Positions 49,320 to 64,000 of a stretch of DNA of 64,000 bases are shown here, piece by piece (within the stretch, counting starts at the first letter, position 1; every line of letters begins with the position of its first letter). The stretch is from Eledone cirrhosa (lineage: Eukaryota), in contig OZ024741.1 of assembly GCA_964016885.1 (NCBI GenBank), positions 383,904,001-383,968,000 of the forward strand, written 5' to 3'. Made by a program: the position numbers and the translations under genes. The notes under the pieces were generated by a model, which was not told where the DNA came from, searched no databases, and saw nothing but the letters and a program-made list of their open reading frames with translations.

Positions 49320-50390
49320 GTCTATATGACTGTTTATCTTTGGTGTATATATGCTTTGTTAGTGTATCTTTGGTGTATGTCTATGACTGTTTATCTTTGG
49401 TGTATATATGCTTTGTTAGTGTATCTTTGGTGTATGTCTATGATTGTTTATCTTTGGTGTATGTATGCTTTGTTAGTGTATCTTTTGTGTATGTCTATGA
49501 CTGTTTATCTTTGGTATATGTATGCTTTGTTAGTGTATCTTTGGTGTATGTCTATGATTGTTTATCTTTGGTGTATGTATGCTTTGTTAGTGTATCTTTG
49601 GTGTATGTCTATGACTGTTTATCTTTGGTGTATGTATGCTTTGTTAGTGTATCTTTGGTGTATGTCTATGACTGTTTATCTTTGGTGTATATATGCTTTG
49701 TTAGTGTATCTTTGGTGTATGTCTATGACTGTTTATCTTTGGTGTATGTCTATGACTGTTTATCTTTGGTGTATGTATGCTTTGTTAGTGTATCTGTGGT
49801 GTATGTCTATGATTGTTTATCTTTGGTGTATATATGCTTTGTTAGTGTATCTTTGGTGTATGTCTATGATTGTTTATCTTTGGTATATGTATGCTTTGTT
49901 AGTGTATCTTTGGTGTATGTCTATGATTGTTTATCTTTGGTATATGTATGCTTTGTTAGTGTATCTTTGGTGTATGTCTATGATTGTTTATCTTTGGTGT
50001 ATGTATGCTTTGTTAGTGTATCTTTGGTGTATGTCTATGACTGTTTATCTTTGGTGTATATATGCTTTGTTAGTGTATCTTTGGTGTATGTCTATGACTG
50101 TTTATCTTTGGTGTATATATGCTTTGTTAGTGTATCTTTGGTGTATGTCTATGACTGTTTATCTTTGGTATATATATATGCTTTGTTAGTGTATCTTTGG
50201 TGTATGTCTATGACTGTTTATCTTTGGTATATGTATGCTTTGTTAGTGTATCTTTGGTGTATGTCTATGATTGTTTATCTTTGGTGTATATGTATGCTTT
50301 GTTAGTGTATCTTTGGTGTATGTCTATGACTGTTTATCTTTGGTGTATATGTATGCTTTGTTAGTGTATCTGTGGTGTATCTCTGTTTAC
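49320..50390. repeat. 57-bp minisatellite (~19 copies; 30+27 bp subunits)
   Basis: Unit GACTGTTTATCTTTGGTGTATATATGCTTTGTTAGTGTATCTTTGGTGTATGTCTAT; 19-aa periodicity in ORF track. Confidence 0.97.
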
Positions 50391-50419
50391 TGGTTTACCT
50401 TTAACATATGTCTGTTTTA

Positions 50420-51030
50420 TAGAGCTAGATGTATATGGTATCCTTCTTGATGATAAGTGCACTCACATTGGAGTAGCCCAATGCCTCAGCCTCCACGTGT
50501 ATGAGCCACACAAATGTCGTTGTGGGGCTGCACCCACTGTCATGCCACCTGGTTCCCCTGACATGCCACTCTCAACAACACATTGAAAAGGAGCTTGATG
50601 CAGCTGGCTTCCCATCACAACTGGAGACAGCAGGCCTTGACCACAGAGATGACAAGTGCCATGATGAAATTACCCTCTTCCCATTCGAAGGAGATAAATC
50701 CGCCATCTAAGATTCCACATGCTGTGACATGTCCTCTGCCTCCAACTTAGTCACCTCAGTCACAAACCCTGGTACTGCAGCCCGCAACACAGAGGAGTAG
50801 AAGACAAGCAAATACCAGGGCTTGTCTAGCCGTTTCCTCTTTGCACTGGTCACTGTTGAGACTTTAGGGATCCTTGGGCCCTGTGCAGCCAAGCTCCTTC
50901 ATAAAATCAGAACATCAGTAGCCTCTCTGAGGAAGGAGCCCTGTGAGGTGAAGTGGCTGTTGCAGCAGGTATCACAGGTCATTGTCCACGAAAATGCCTT
51001 TGCAGTTTTGTCCATGGGGTGCAGCTGAAA
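50420..51030 (+). mobile_element. CRE-clade non-LTR retrotransposon C-terminal fragment (zinc knuckle + RLE endonuclease), degenerate
   Basis: PHKCRCG, PSQLE..GL..RDDK..D.ITLFPF..K..I*DSTC, KY..L..RFLF..VTVETLG.LGP.A, WL.QQVS..I...NAFAVL. Confidence 0.72.
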
Positions 51031-53091
51031 CACAGCCTCACCCTAGGCATAAAGCCTGTCATCCCCTCCCCTTCCTCCTTTTTTTCAACTGTTTCCTTTC
51101 ATTTATGGCATTTATAATCCTTTCCTCTACTTTCCTCTACAGCCAGATCTATCCTTCTTTACCCTTTCCCTCATTTTTGTTTACTTAATTTTGTTTTTAT
51201 CTTTTTTTTTTTACATTTCCATTTTAGTATAACTCTCTGTTTGTAAAATATAGTTGACCTATGTTTATGTATAACAGATAACAAAATAAAATTAATTCCC
51301 CTTTTACTGGTGTAGATTGAGTGGATTCTATATTTTGGGTTTTCTGGCTGCATTTTCTTACTCTCTGCCTTACTAGTTTTACCCAACATTCATGTGCTGT
51401 GTGCTTGATGTCATCAATTAAAGGTTCAATCCCAGTCTTAATTTTCAAATGATTTATTTACTGTTATCATTCCAAATAGTGTCAACTAGAGTTTTCTCTT
51501 CAATGGGTGATTATTTTATAGGATTTATAGTATATACACCCTTTTCCAGTGCAACATATATTAGAGCAGTTTCTATTAACCTCTGAAATTATGCGATTTT
51601 AAAGCTAAGATGCATCTGTGAACATAGTTTTCATTTGAGACATTCTGTCACCAAATTTTTAATGAAAGACACTACCTATGATTTTGAAATAATTTTGAAA
51701 ATAATCAAAAATTTGAAGGGTTTTAGTAATACAACTAACTCTCATTATCAAACTGATGTTTGGAACATAACTTAGCAAAGATTCTTACATAAAATTACGG
51801 TTTTTAGTAATATATATATATAATTTATAATAAACAAAAGCAGTTTTAGTAAGAAGTGGTTTGGTATCAAAATGTCTACAACTAGATACTGAGAGATTAA
51901 GGTTTAAGAATCATCAGGGAAGCAATGCAGTGCCATCAATACATAAGTAACTATTGATTGTTCAATCAGCCTTTTCCCTTACTGTACTGTAATAAAATTA
52001 GTCAGACAGGATACTATAGCCACCATTTTTATTTCACGTTTACATGATTAAATTAAGAAAAATATCTAATTATCAAACATGCTGCAACAATTCCAGCAAA
52101 TAATCTAAACTGCCTCTAGATTAATGCTAAAATGGAGGAAATAAAACTAAATTTATACATGTTTTAGATCATTGACTACACACACATATACATACATATA
52201 CATCATCATCGTTTTCTATGCTGACACTGACATGAGTTGTATGAACCATTACAGGCCAGATCAGTTCTTATTTGGAGTTACTGCCCTTCCTAATAACACC
52301 CAGTTTACAGAGTGGAGTGAGTGCATTTTATCCTGAATCAAACTCTAGAGAGGATTGTTTTGTACCTATAAGGATAAAAACTCCTCATGAACCAACATTA
52401 TCTCTGTTATTGTGGGAGTGTGATTATAAGAGATGAGGGAGTGTAGATATGAGGCAATAGGAGAAACAGAGTGATAGATGGTAGCGAATTGAGTAGGAAA
52501 GGGACAATTATATTTAGGTTATTGGCAAATGATTGAGTAGACTGAGTACCATTGCTAGCTGGGGAGTTAATCTTGTACATCCAGGGAGACTCTTGTACTC
52601 TCAGTCAATTAATGCCAGTTAATGCCAACCAGGGATAAGCACCGGCCTGATGTGCCTTCAGCTTAGAACAGACTTTAGCTAACTAAACAAGATGGATTAG
52701 TAATATGGATGTGTCATTGTAGGAGGGAGCTGAAATTTGAAGAAACAGTACTTCAGTATATCAACCACAGTACTTGACTAGTATTTTATTTTATTATGCC
52801 CAAAAGGAGGAAATGCAAGGTTGATTTTGGCAGAATTTGAACTCAGAATGAAAAGCATTTTATTTGAGACTCTAATAATTCTGCCAATCTACCATCCTAA
52901 TTACTTATATTTCAAAAGAAAAAAAATATTCATTCTATATTCTTTATAATTTATTGTGGAATAACACAGTCTATAAATCAATTCACTGGAATGTTGTCAA
53001 ACTCTTTGTTCTCAACATTTTTTTACCATTCAGTTTGTGTAGAATCAAATATTAATTCCTTATATGCACTTTATATATGTATGTATATATA

Positions 53092-53140
<49 letters not shown>

Positions 53141-53591
53141 CTTTGCAGTATTGTAAGAAATATATTCCTCATAAACACAACATACATACATATATAGCTT
53201 TAAAATAATGCACAAACTATATTCCAAAGATTATAAAATAATTAAATGGTAAATATGTTGTTCCTGTCAACTTCAGCTGCTAAATTCATCAATCATTTTT
53301 CTAACTGTGAGCAATATGGAAAAGTTGAATTACAATTACCACATATGACAGGCAGTCATGTGTGCACAGAAACACACATTCACATGCATACACACATGTA
53401 CACACACACAAACACATACTCCTCCACATAAATATCATACAAAATAAACTATCAGAGAAAAATGAATTAGTGTAGTTCAGAAAAAAATTACTTACTAAAT
53501 TCATGTTAATATATATATATATGTGTGTGTCTGTGTGTGTGTGTGTATGTGTATTCATCTAAATTCCCTACTACATATATATATATATATA

Positions 53592-54115
53592 TCATCATCA
53601 TCATCACTGTTATATGCCCATTCTTCCATGCTAGCATGGGTTAGACAGGTTGCCCTGTTGGCAGTGTCCAGTCAGCTGACCTTGTCTTGCTCATACAGGA
53701 ACTGATTCTGGCTTGATTTCTACAGCTGGATGCCCTTCCTAACATCAACCTCATTTACAGTGAGTGCTGGGTGCTTTTTTCGTGGCGCCTACATGTCCAC
53801 TGTACAGTGTGGGCTGGGTGCTTTTTTTGCCATGGCACCTCCGCGACCACTTTGCAGTGGGCATATTGTCTATGTGTTTCAGCTTCGGCTTGTACAAGTG
53901 GGAAGTCAGATCTTCTGTATTACTGCATGATGCCAGAGGTTGCGGTCGCATGTCATCGCCTTTGAGAGGTGCAATTGGGTAAGGTCGGCTTTTATCACCT
54001 CATCCCAGGTCTTCTTCGGTCTGCTCACTCTGGCTTCCCTCGACTTCTAGTGCTCTACACCTTTTTATGCAGCTGTCATCCTTCATACGCATCACGTGTC
54101 CATACCAACGCAACC

Positions 54116-54118
<3 letters not shown>
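53592..54118 (-). mobile_element. RTE LINE 3' end (ORF2 C-terminus + 3' UTR)
   Basis: Minus strand RLRWYGHVMRMKDDSCIKRC..RPKKTWDEVIKADLTQLHLSKAM..DRNLW; related to 7360-7968. Confidence 0.88.
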
Positions 54119-54152
<34 letters not shown>

Positions 54153-54305
54153 CATATATGTACATACTTTATATAATATATATATATATATACACATACA
54201 TATATGTACATACTTTATATATATATATATACACACATACATATATGTACATACTTTATATATATATATGCTAGCGTGGAAGATGGACGTTAAATGATGA
54301 TGATG

Positions 54306-54336
<31 letters not shown>

Positions 54337-54834
54337 AATATGATTTTAATGTGTATTTTTTCTGCAGTACACTAAATATATTTTGTATGGACTAATTGCA
54401 TTTTGTTGTGTACTGTAAATTTATATCTATATATAAAACGCATTAGGTGCATCTTCAACTCTTTATTATTATTTTTCCTGTATATACATACCTAACCTAT
54501 ATATATATATGTATGTATATAGATATATATGTATGTATATAGATATATATGTATGTATATAGATATATATGTATGTATATAGATATATATATATGTATAT
54601 AGATATATATATGTATATATAGTATATATATGTATATATAGTATTGCTTAAACTTTAATCTGTTATTTTAATAAATATATATGTATATATATAAAGAATG
54701 AATAATAACATGTAGACATCATAAAAAGGTAATTTATTCTGTGTGCTTACAAATGTTTCCACGGTGGTTATACAGCCTAGTTATGCTATGTGCAAATTTA
54801 TAACTGTTTGCAAAACTCAATTATCAAATGCTGT

Positions 54835-55170
54835 GGAGGCACATGGCTTAGTGGTTAGAGCATTGGGCTTGCAATTGAAAAGTTGTGAGTTCAATTCCCA
54901 GACCAGGTGATGTGTTGTTTCCTTGAGCAAGACACTTTATTTCCCATTGTTCCAGTTTACTCAGCTGTAGAAATGAGATGATAGGAACTGGGGTCCATAT
55001 CATTCCACTGCAAAGTGGTCGTGGAGGTGCCACGGCAAAAAAGCACCCAGCACTCACTGTAAATGAGGTTGGTGTTAGGAAGGGCATCCAGCTGTAGAAA
55101 TCAAGCCACAATCAGTTCCCATCCCACCCTTGCAAGCAGGGAAAAGCGGACGTAAAATGAAAATGAAATG
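54835..55170 (+). mobile_element. tRNA-derived SINE with RTE-type tail
   Basis: Same family as 13304. Confidence 0.93.
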
Positions 55171-55224
55171 TGACCACTGTATGATCAGAGCAGAATTACT
55201 GCATCTAGGATAATCCTATACATA

Positions 55225-55255
55225 ATATGTATATATATATATGTATCTATATATG

Positions 55256-55290
<35 letters not shown>

Positions 55291-55311
55291 GTATATAGAT
55301 ATAGATATATG

Positions 55312-55342
<31 letters not shown>

Positions 55343-55476
55343 ATATATACACATGTATATATATATGTATATATATATATATATATATAATATATATATA
55401 AATATACATATGTATATATATATATATATATATACATATGTATATATATATATATGTATATATATATATACATATG

Positions 55477-55527
<51 letters not shown>

Positions 55528-55653
55528 GTATATATATATATCTGTATATATATATATATATATACATATATACATATGTATATACATATATACATATTTA
55601 TATACATATATACATATTTATATACATATATACATATGTATAAATATATATAC

Positions 55654-55698
<45 letters not shown>

Positions 55699-55798
55699 TA
55701 TGTATATATACATATGTATATATATATATATGCATATGTATATATACATATGTATATATATATATGCATATGTATATATATATATATATATACATATG

Positions 55799-55836
<38 letters not shown>

Positions 55837-55962
55837 TACATATGTATATATATATATATATATACATATGTATATATATATACATATGTATATATATATA
55901 CATATATATATATATACATATGTATGTATATATATATACATATGTATATATATATACATATG

Positions 55963-56009
<47 letters not shown>
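55225..56009. repeat. (TA)n microsatellite with CATATG interruptions
   Basis: Direct inspection. Confidence 0.97.
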
Positions 56010-56015
<6 letters not shown>

Positions 56016-56608
56016 GAAGTTAGTAAGCCCGTGGGTACTAAGTACCCCTGGAAATACATAGGTTGTCTATGATTTAAGGTTGTTCTATGGTATCAATTTG
56101 ACATACCAGAACTATAATATTAATATAAGCAGAACAAGCAAAATTCAACCAATTTTTTAAAATAAATTAAAAAATATAATTTAAATATTTACCTATTCAT
56201 ATGGCTCTTACCGATCGGTTTCGCCTTGTAAAACACCAGAGACCCAATGGATTTCTAATGGAAAATCAAGGCTCATCAGAGAAGCATTTTCCTTTCCTAG
56301 GGCTAAAGACCCAGGAACGATAAAATATATTGTTATCTGCCAGCTAGCACAGATCCAAAAGGCCGAAAAATGACCTGTACGTGAACTACCCGAGGTTAAA
56401 GCGGGAAAAACATAGACGTGTTGTCTATCTCGTTACTAAAAATAGCAGCTAAATAGAATCAACATGATTGTTCTCAACAAATGAAGGGTGATAGAAGAAG
56501 TTAGTAAGCCCGTGGAAGAGCCATATGAATAGGTAAATATTTAAATTATATTTTTTAATTTATTTTAAAAAATTGGTTGAATTTTGCTTGTTCTGCTTAT
56601 ATTAATAT
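56010..56608 (-). mobile_element. 481-bp terminally redundant hammerhead element with 93-bp inverted 5' segment (retrozyme/Penelope-like)
   Basis: 25-bp direct repeat at 56010-56034 and 56491-56515; 56516-56608 is reverse complement of 56117-56209. Confidence 0.82.
56203..56286 (-). ncRNA. Type I hammerhead ribozyme
   Basis: Minus strand: GCTTCT-CTGATGA-GCCTTG(38 nt)CAAGGC-GAA-ACCGATCGGT-A^AGAGC; palindromic stem III, GUA site. Confidence 0.85.
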
Positions 56609-56627
56609 ATATATATATATATACATA

Positions 56628-56786
<159 letters not shown>

Positions 56787-56811
56787 GTATATATATATAT
56801 ATATACATATG

Positions 56812-56902
<91 letters not shown>

Positions 56903-56933
56903 GTATATATATATATATATATATATACATATG

Positions 56934-56972
<39 letters not shown>

Positions 56973-56974
56973 GT

Positions 56975-57579
56975 GTCAGGTCACCAGTTGGTGCTACTGG
57001 TAACATGTATCCCAGTACAACCTGTCCCATGGTCGGGTCGTTGGCGACTAAACTGGCAACCCCACCAAGGTTTCTTGGTGAGGAGGGTGACTTTGGACAT
57101 CCTGCAGGACTAAAAACAAAACCTGTCAAAGGGCAAAGGAGCTCTTAAGAGTCAATGGCCATCCAAAATCACAGGGAGAGATGACCCCTTAGCCTTCGTC
57201 AAGGCAGAATTCTGGGAGAAGGAAAACTCTGATATAACACCTGCAACCCTGATGGTATCCAATGATGTTGAATTGTTCTTCTTTTTGGTAAATATCATCT
57301 TGGTTAAGAGAGTGGGACTGGCTTTGTGCAGTGCCTTTGCTCACTATAAAAGCTTCACAGCACAGGCATTGCTTTATATCTGGAGATCTCTCTGCACTTG
57401 TCGTCACATGGTACCATGGGCCCAGCACTATGTGTCAATAATTGTCACAGGTGTAGTGTTTGTACCAGAGTTTTCAAGTCGCTGGCTGGACTAAGGAGTC
57501 ACACTCGTTCAGCGCATTGGTAGTTCTCCTACATGGATATAAAGTGGTGGCCATACTCGAAAACGAGTTGGCAGCCACC
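56975..57579 (+). mobile_element. Element X, copy 3 (apparently full length)
   Basis: Matches 8461-9034 plus ~30 bp extra 5'; TA arrays on both sides. Confidence 0.85.
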
Positions 57580-57593
57580 ATATATATATATAC

Positions 57594-57639
<46 letters not shown>

Positions 57640-57734
57640 GTATATATACATATGTATATATATATATATATATATATACATATGTATATATACATATGTA
57701 TATATATATATATATATACATATGTATATATACA

Positions 57735-57794
<60 letters not shown>

Positions 57795-57795
57795 C

Positions 57796-57839
<44 letters not shown>

Positions 57840-57895
57840 GTATATACATATGTATATATACATATGTATATATATATATGTATATATACATATAC

Positions 57896-57945
<50 letters not shown>

Positions 57946-57955
57946 GTATATATAC

Positions 57956-58010
<55 letters not shown>

Positions 58011-58645
58011 CATATATATATATACATATGTATATACATATATATATATACATATGTATATACATATGTATATATACATATGTATATATATATATGTATA
58101 TATACATATGTATATATATATATGTATATATACATATGTATATATATATATGTATATATACATATGTATATATATATATGTATATATATATATGTATATA
58201 TATATATGTATATATACATATGTATATATATATATGTATATATACATATGTATATATATATATGTATATATACATATGTATATATATATATGTATATATA
58301 CATATGTATATATATATATGTATATATACATATGTATATATATATATGTATATATACATATGTATATATATATATGTATATATACATATGTATATATATA
58401 TATGTATATATACATATGTATATATATACATATGTATATATATATATGTATATATACATATGTATATATATATATATATATACATATGTATATATATATA
58501 CATATGTATATATATATATGTATATATACATATGTATATATATATATATATACATATATACATATGTATATATATATATATATACATATATACATATGTA
58601 TATATATATATATATACATATATACATATGTATATATATATATAT
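57580..58645. repeat. (TA)n/CATATG microsatellite between inverted X copies
   Basis: Direct inspection. Confidence 0.97.
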
Positions 58646-59253
58646 GGTGGCTGCCAACTCGTTTTCGAGTACGGCCACTACTTTATATCCATGTAGGAGA
58701 ACCCCTACCGATGCGCTGAACGAGTGTGACTTTTTAGTCCAGCCAGCGACTTGAAAACTCTGGTACAAACACTACACTTGTGACAATTATTGACACATAG
58801 TGCTTTGACTTTGGTACCATGTGACGACAAGTGCAGAGAGATCTCCAGATATAAAGCAATGCCTGTGCCGTGAAGCTTTTATAGTGAGCAAAGGCACTGC
58901 ACAAAGCCAGTCCCACTCTCTTAACCAAGATGATATTTACCAAAAAGAAGAACAAGTCAACATCATTGGATACCATCAGGGTTGCAGGTGTTATATCAGA
59001 GTTTTCCTTCTCCTAGAATTCTGCCTTGACAAAGGCTAAGGGGTCATATCTCCCAGTGATTTTGGATGGCCATTGACTCTTAAGAGCTCCTTTGCCCTTT
59101 GACAGGTTTTGTTTTTAGTCCTGCAGGATGTCCAAAGTCACCCTCCTCACCAAGAAACCTTGGTGGGGTTGCCAGTTTAGTCGCCAACGACCCGACCATG
59201 AGACAGGTTGTACTGGGATACATGTTACCAGTAGCACCAAGTGGTGACCTGAC
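58646..59253 (-). mobile_element. Element X, copy 4 (apparently full length)
   Basis: Reverse complement of copy 3 with scattered substitutions; same 5' start GTCAGGTCACC. Confidence 0.85.
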
Positions 59254-62416
<3,163 letters not shown>

Positions 62417-62524
62417 TTTACAATGGCTACAACAATGTGAAATGGGCTGTACATTTTGAAAGAAATTAAAGTCAACAAAGATGTTAGTGTGTTACCTTTT
62501 ATTTTATTTATCTGTCCTAAAATT

Positions 62525-63177
62525 TAGGGCCACATCCGACCATGAAGGATTTTTGTCTGGCCCGCCAACAGGTTTCAACTCTATGCTAAGCGATCCCTGA
62601 AAAAGTGCTCTGAATTATTTTGGATTACAATACTAACTAGAGAACATGTCTAGTCACCAGACTCACTTAGCTGAACGTAATTTTGTGCATGACAGTAACA
62701 AACAATCAAACTCAGACAGATGGAATAGTGTGTGCTAGTATCATTATTTGGCAGTACATATACCTGTGAACAACTTCTTTCCAAAATGAAATATGCCAAA
62801 GATTGTATAAGAATAATACTGTATGATGACCATCTGGACGATGTTCTATTCCTGTCCTCGACATATTTCACCTGATGTAGAGAAGCTATCCTACGACAGA
62901 CAAATACAAGTATCTCATTAAACAATTTACCATTTCTGCCTGTATTTTATTTGTAGTTAGGAATGTCATTAAAGTAATACAACATAAAATTCATTGTTCT
63001 TCTTTAAATCCCGGAATTAAGGTAGCCTTCTGGACAGAGCAATCTGAAATCGAGTTATATTTTTATATCATGGCTCGCCAACGAGACACTGCAAAGCAAT
63101 GTGGCCTGCACACTATAAAATGTTGGCGACCTCTGGTATACATATATATGTATATATATACCCGGGGTCGCCAACCT
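62525..63177. mobile_element. hAT-like non-autonomous remnant
   Basis: Subterminal GGGCCACATC/TGGCCCGC motifs and TIR-like GTTGGCGACCTCTG at 63122-63135. Confidence 0.5.
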
Positions 63178-63773
63178 TATATGTATATATATATGCAACG
63201 AATAGTACAGAGTGGTTTAGAGTAATTCCTTATTTCTACAGTTTTAATTCTTTGATATTACTAGTACTGACAATGTTAGCAATGTGGTAAACATTCCTTG
63301 AAGCTTCTGTATAATGAAGCATTTAATTTTTTTGGAAGGAGTGTGGCGGGGTCTAGCTAAATATTATGATGTGACAATGTTTCCTTGTAAAAACTGACAG
63401 ATTGAGAATCCTGCAGCATGGATTAAATCATTTTAGCAAATTTCCTAGTTTAGATTGTCCTTAGCTCATTGGTATAATGTGTTATCTATTTTTGTCATCT
63501 CATGCATTCCCTTAAATTAATTTTAGCTAGAGGTCAGATGTAATTTTGCAAATGCATTTTTTGCCATAAGGGAGATATATATACCTGGTTGATATACACA
63601 ACAGTTGAAGGTATAGATATGTGTTCTTTATGATTTTTCACTTCTGTTTCTTCTTTACTATCTTCCTCATCATCTCAACGTATCTGTGCTGAACTTGTCT
63701 CTCAATTATTAGACTTTAAGATGTATAGCTAACTATAGAAACATGTTATTCATGTTTAAAGTTACTTTACCTA

Positions 63774-63987
63774 CAAGGGTTAGCTGAAAAGTTTAGAGGA
63801 TGAAAAATTTATATGCTGACCCAGATACTCTCATGGAATGACCAAATGAGGTTTATTTTTCAACATAATGCCTGGAAAGAAACAATGCATTTATTATTAA
63901 GAAGAGTTGAAATTATTGCATGCAAGATTTCATAGCTCTAGCATCCCTCCTTCAAAGTCAGCCTCTGAACTTTACAGCCCACCCTCG
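63774..63987. mobile_element. Mariner-derived MITE
   Basis: TA-CAAGGGTTAGCTGAAAAGTT ... AACTTTACAGCCCACCCTCG-TA imperfect TIRs with TA duplication. Confidence 0.75.
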
Positions 63988-64000
63988 TAGTTATACCTTC

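Noticed and set aside
49308-50305. 293/321-aa repetitive ORFs; possible CRISPR-like array
   Set aside because: Pure 57-bp tandem repeat with no unique spacers, eukaryotic context, no cas genes
56975-57060. HDV-like ribozyme at 5' end of element X (CCAGT/ACTGG, TCG-TTGG-CGA hairpin, CTAA)
   Set aside because: P2, P4 and J4/2 look-alikes are present but I could not build convincing P1, P3/L3 and P1.1; unresolved without a consensus

Overview
AT-rich eukaryotic, repeat-dominated window with no recognisable host protein-coding gene. The SINE/LINE content suggests an octopod cephalopod (inference). Roughly a third of the window is (TA)n-derived microsatellite, which explains nearly all the long Y/I-rich ORFs. 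It carries degenerate non-LTR retrotransposons (RTE, CR1-group, R4/Dong, Tx1/L1, CRE), tRNA-SINEs, Tc1/mariner and hAT remnants, a 57-bp minisatellite and a 200-N gap. The main hidden signal is a set of unrelated non-coding islands inside the TA arrays that encode minimal type I hammerhead ribozymes with palindromic stem III (Penelope/retrozyme-like). These are a 461-bp tandem dimer, a 481-bp terminally redundant unit whose 5' inversion starts at the predicted cleavage site, a U3-A8 core variant in a ~930-bp palindrome, a solo copy, and a relic split by a SINE. Also notable are a bipartite RTE-derived element found four times, always against TA arrays, a twin-primed LINE, and a PHD-type finger inserted in an RTE reverse transcriptase. 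All folds were done by eye.
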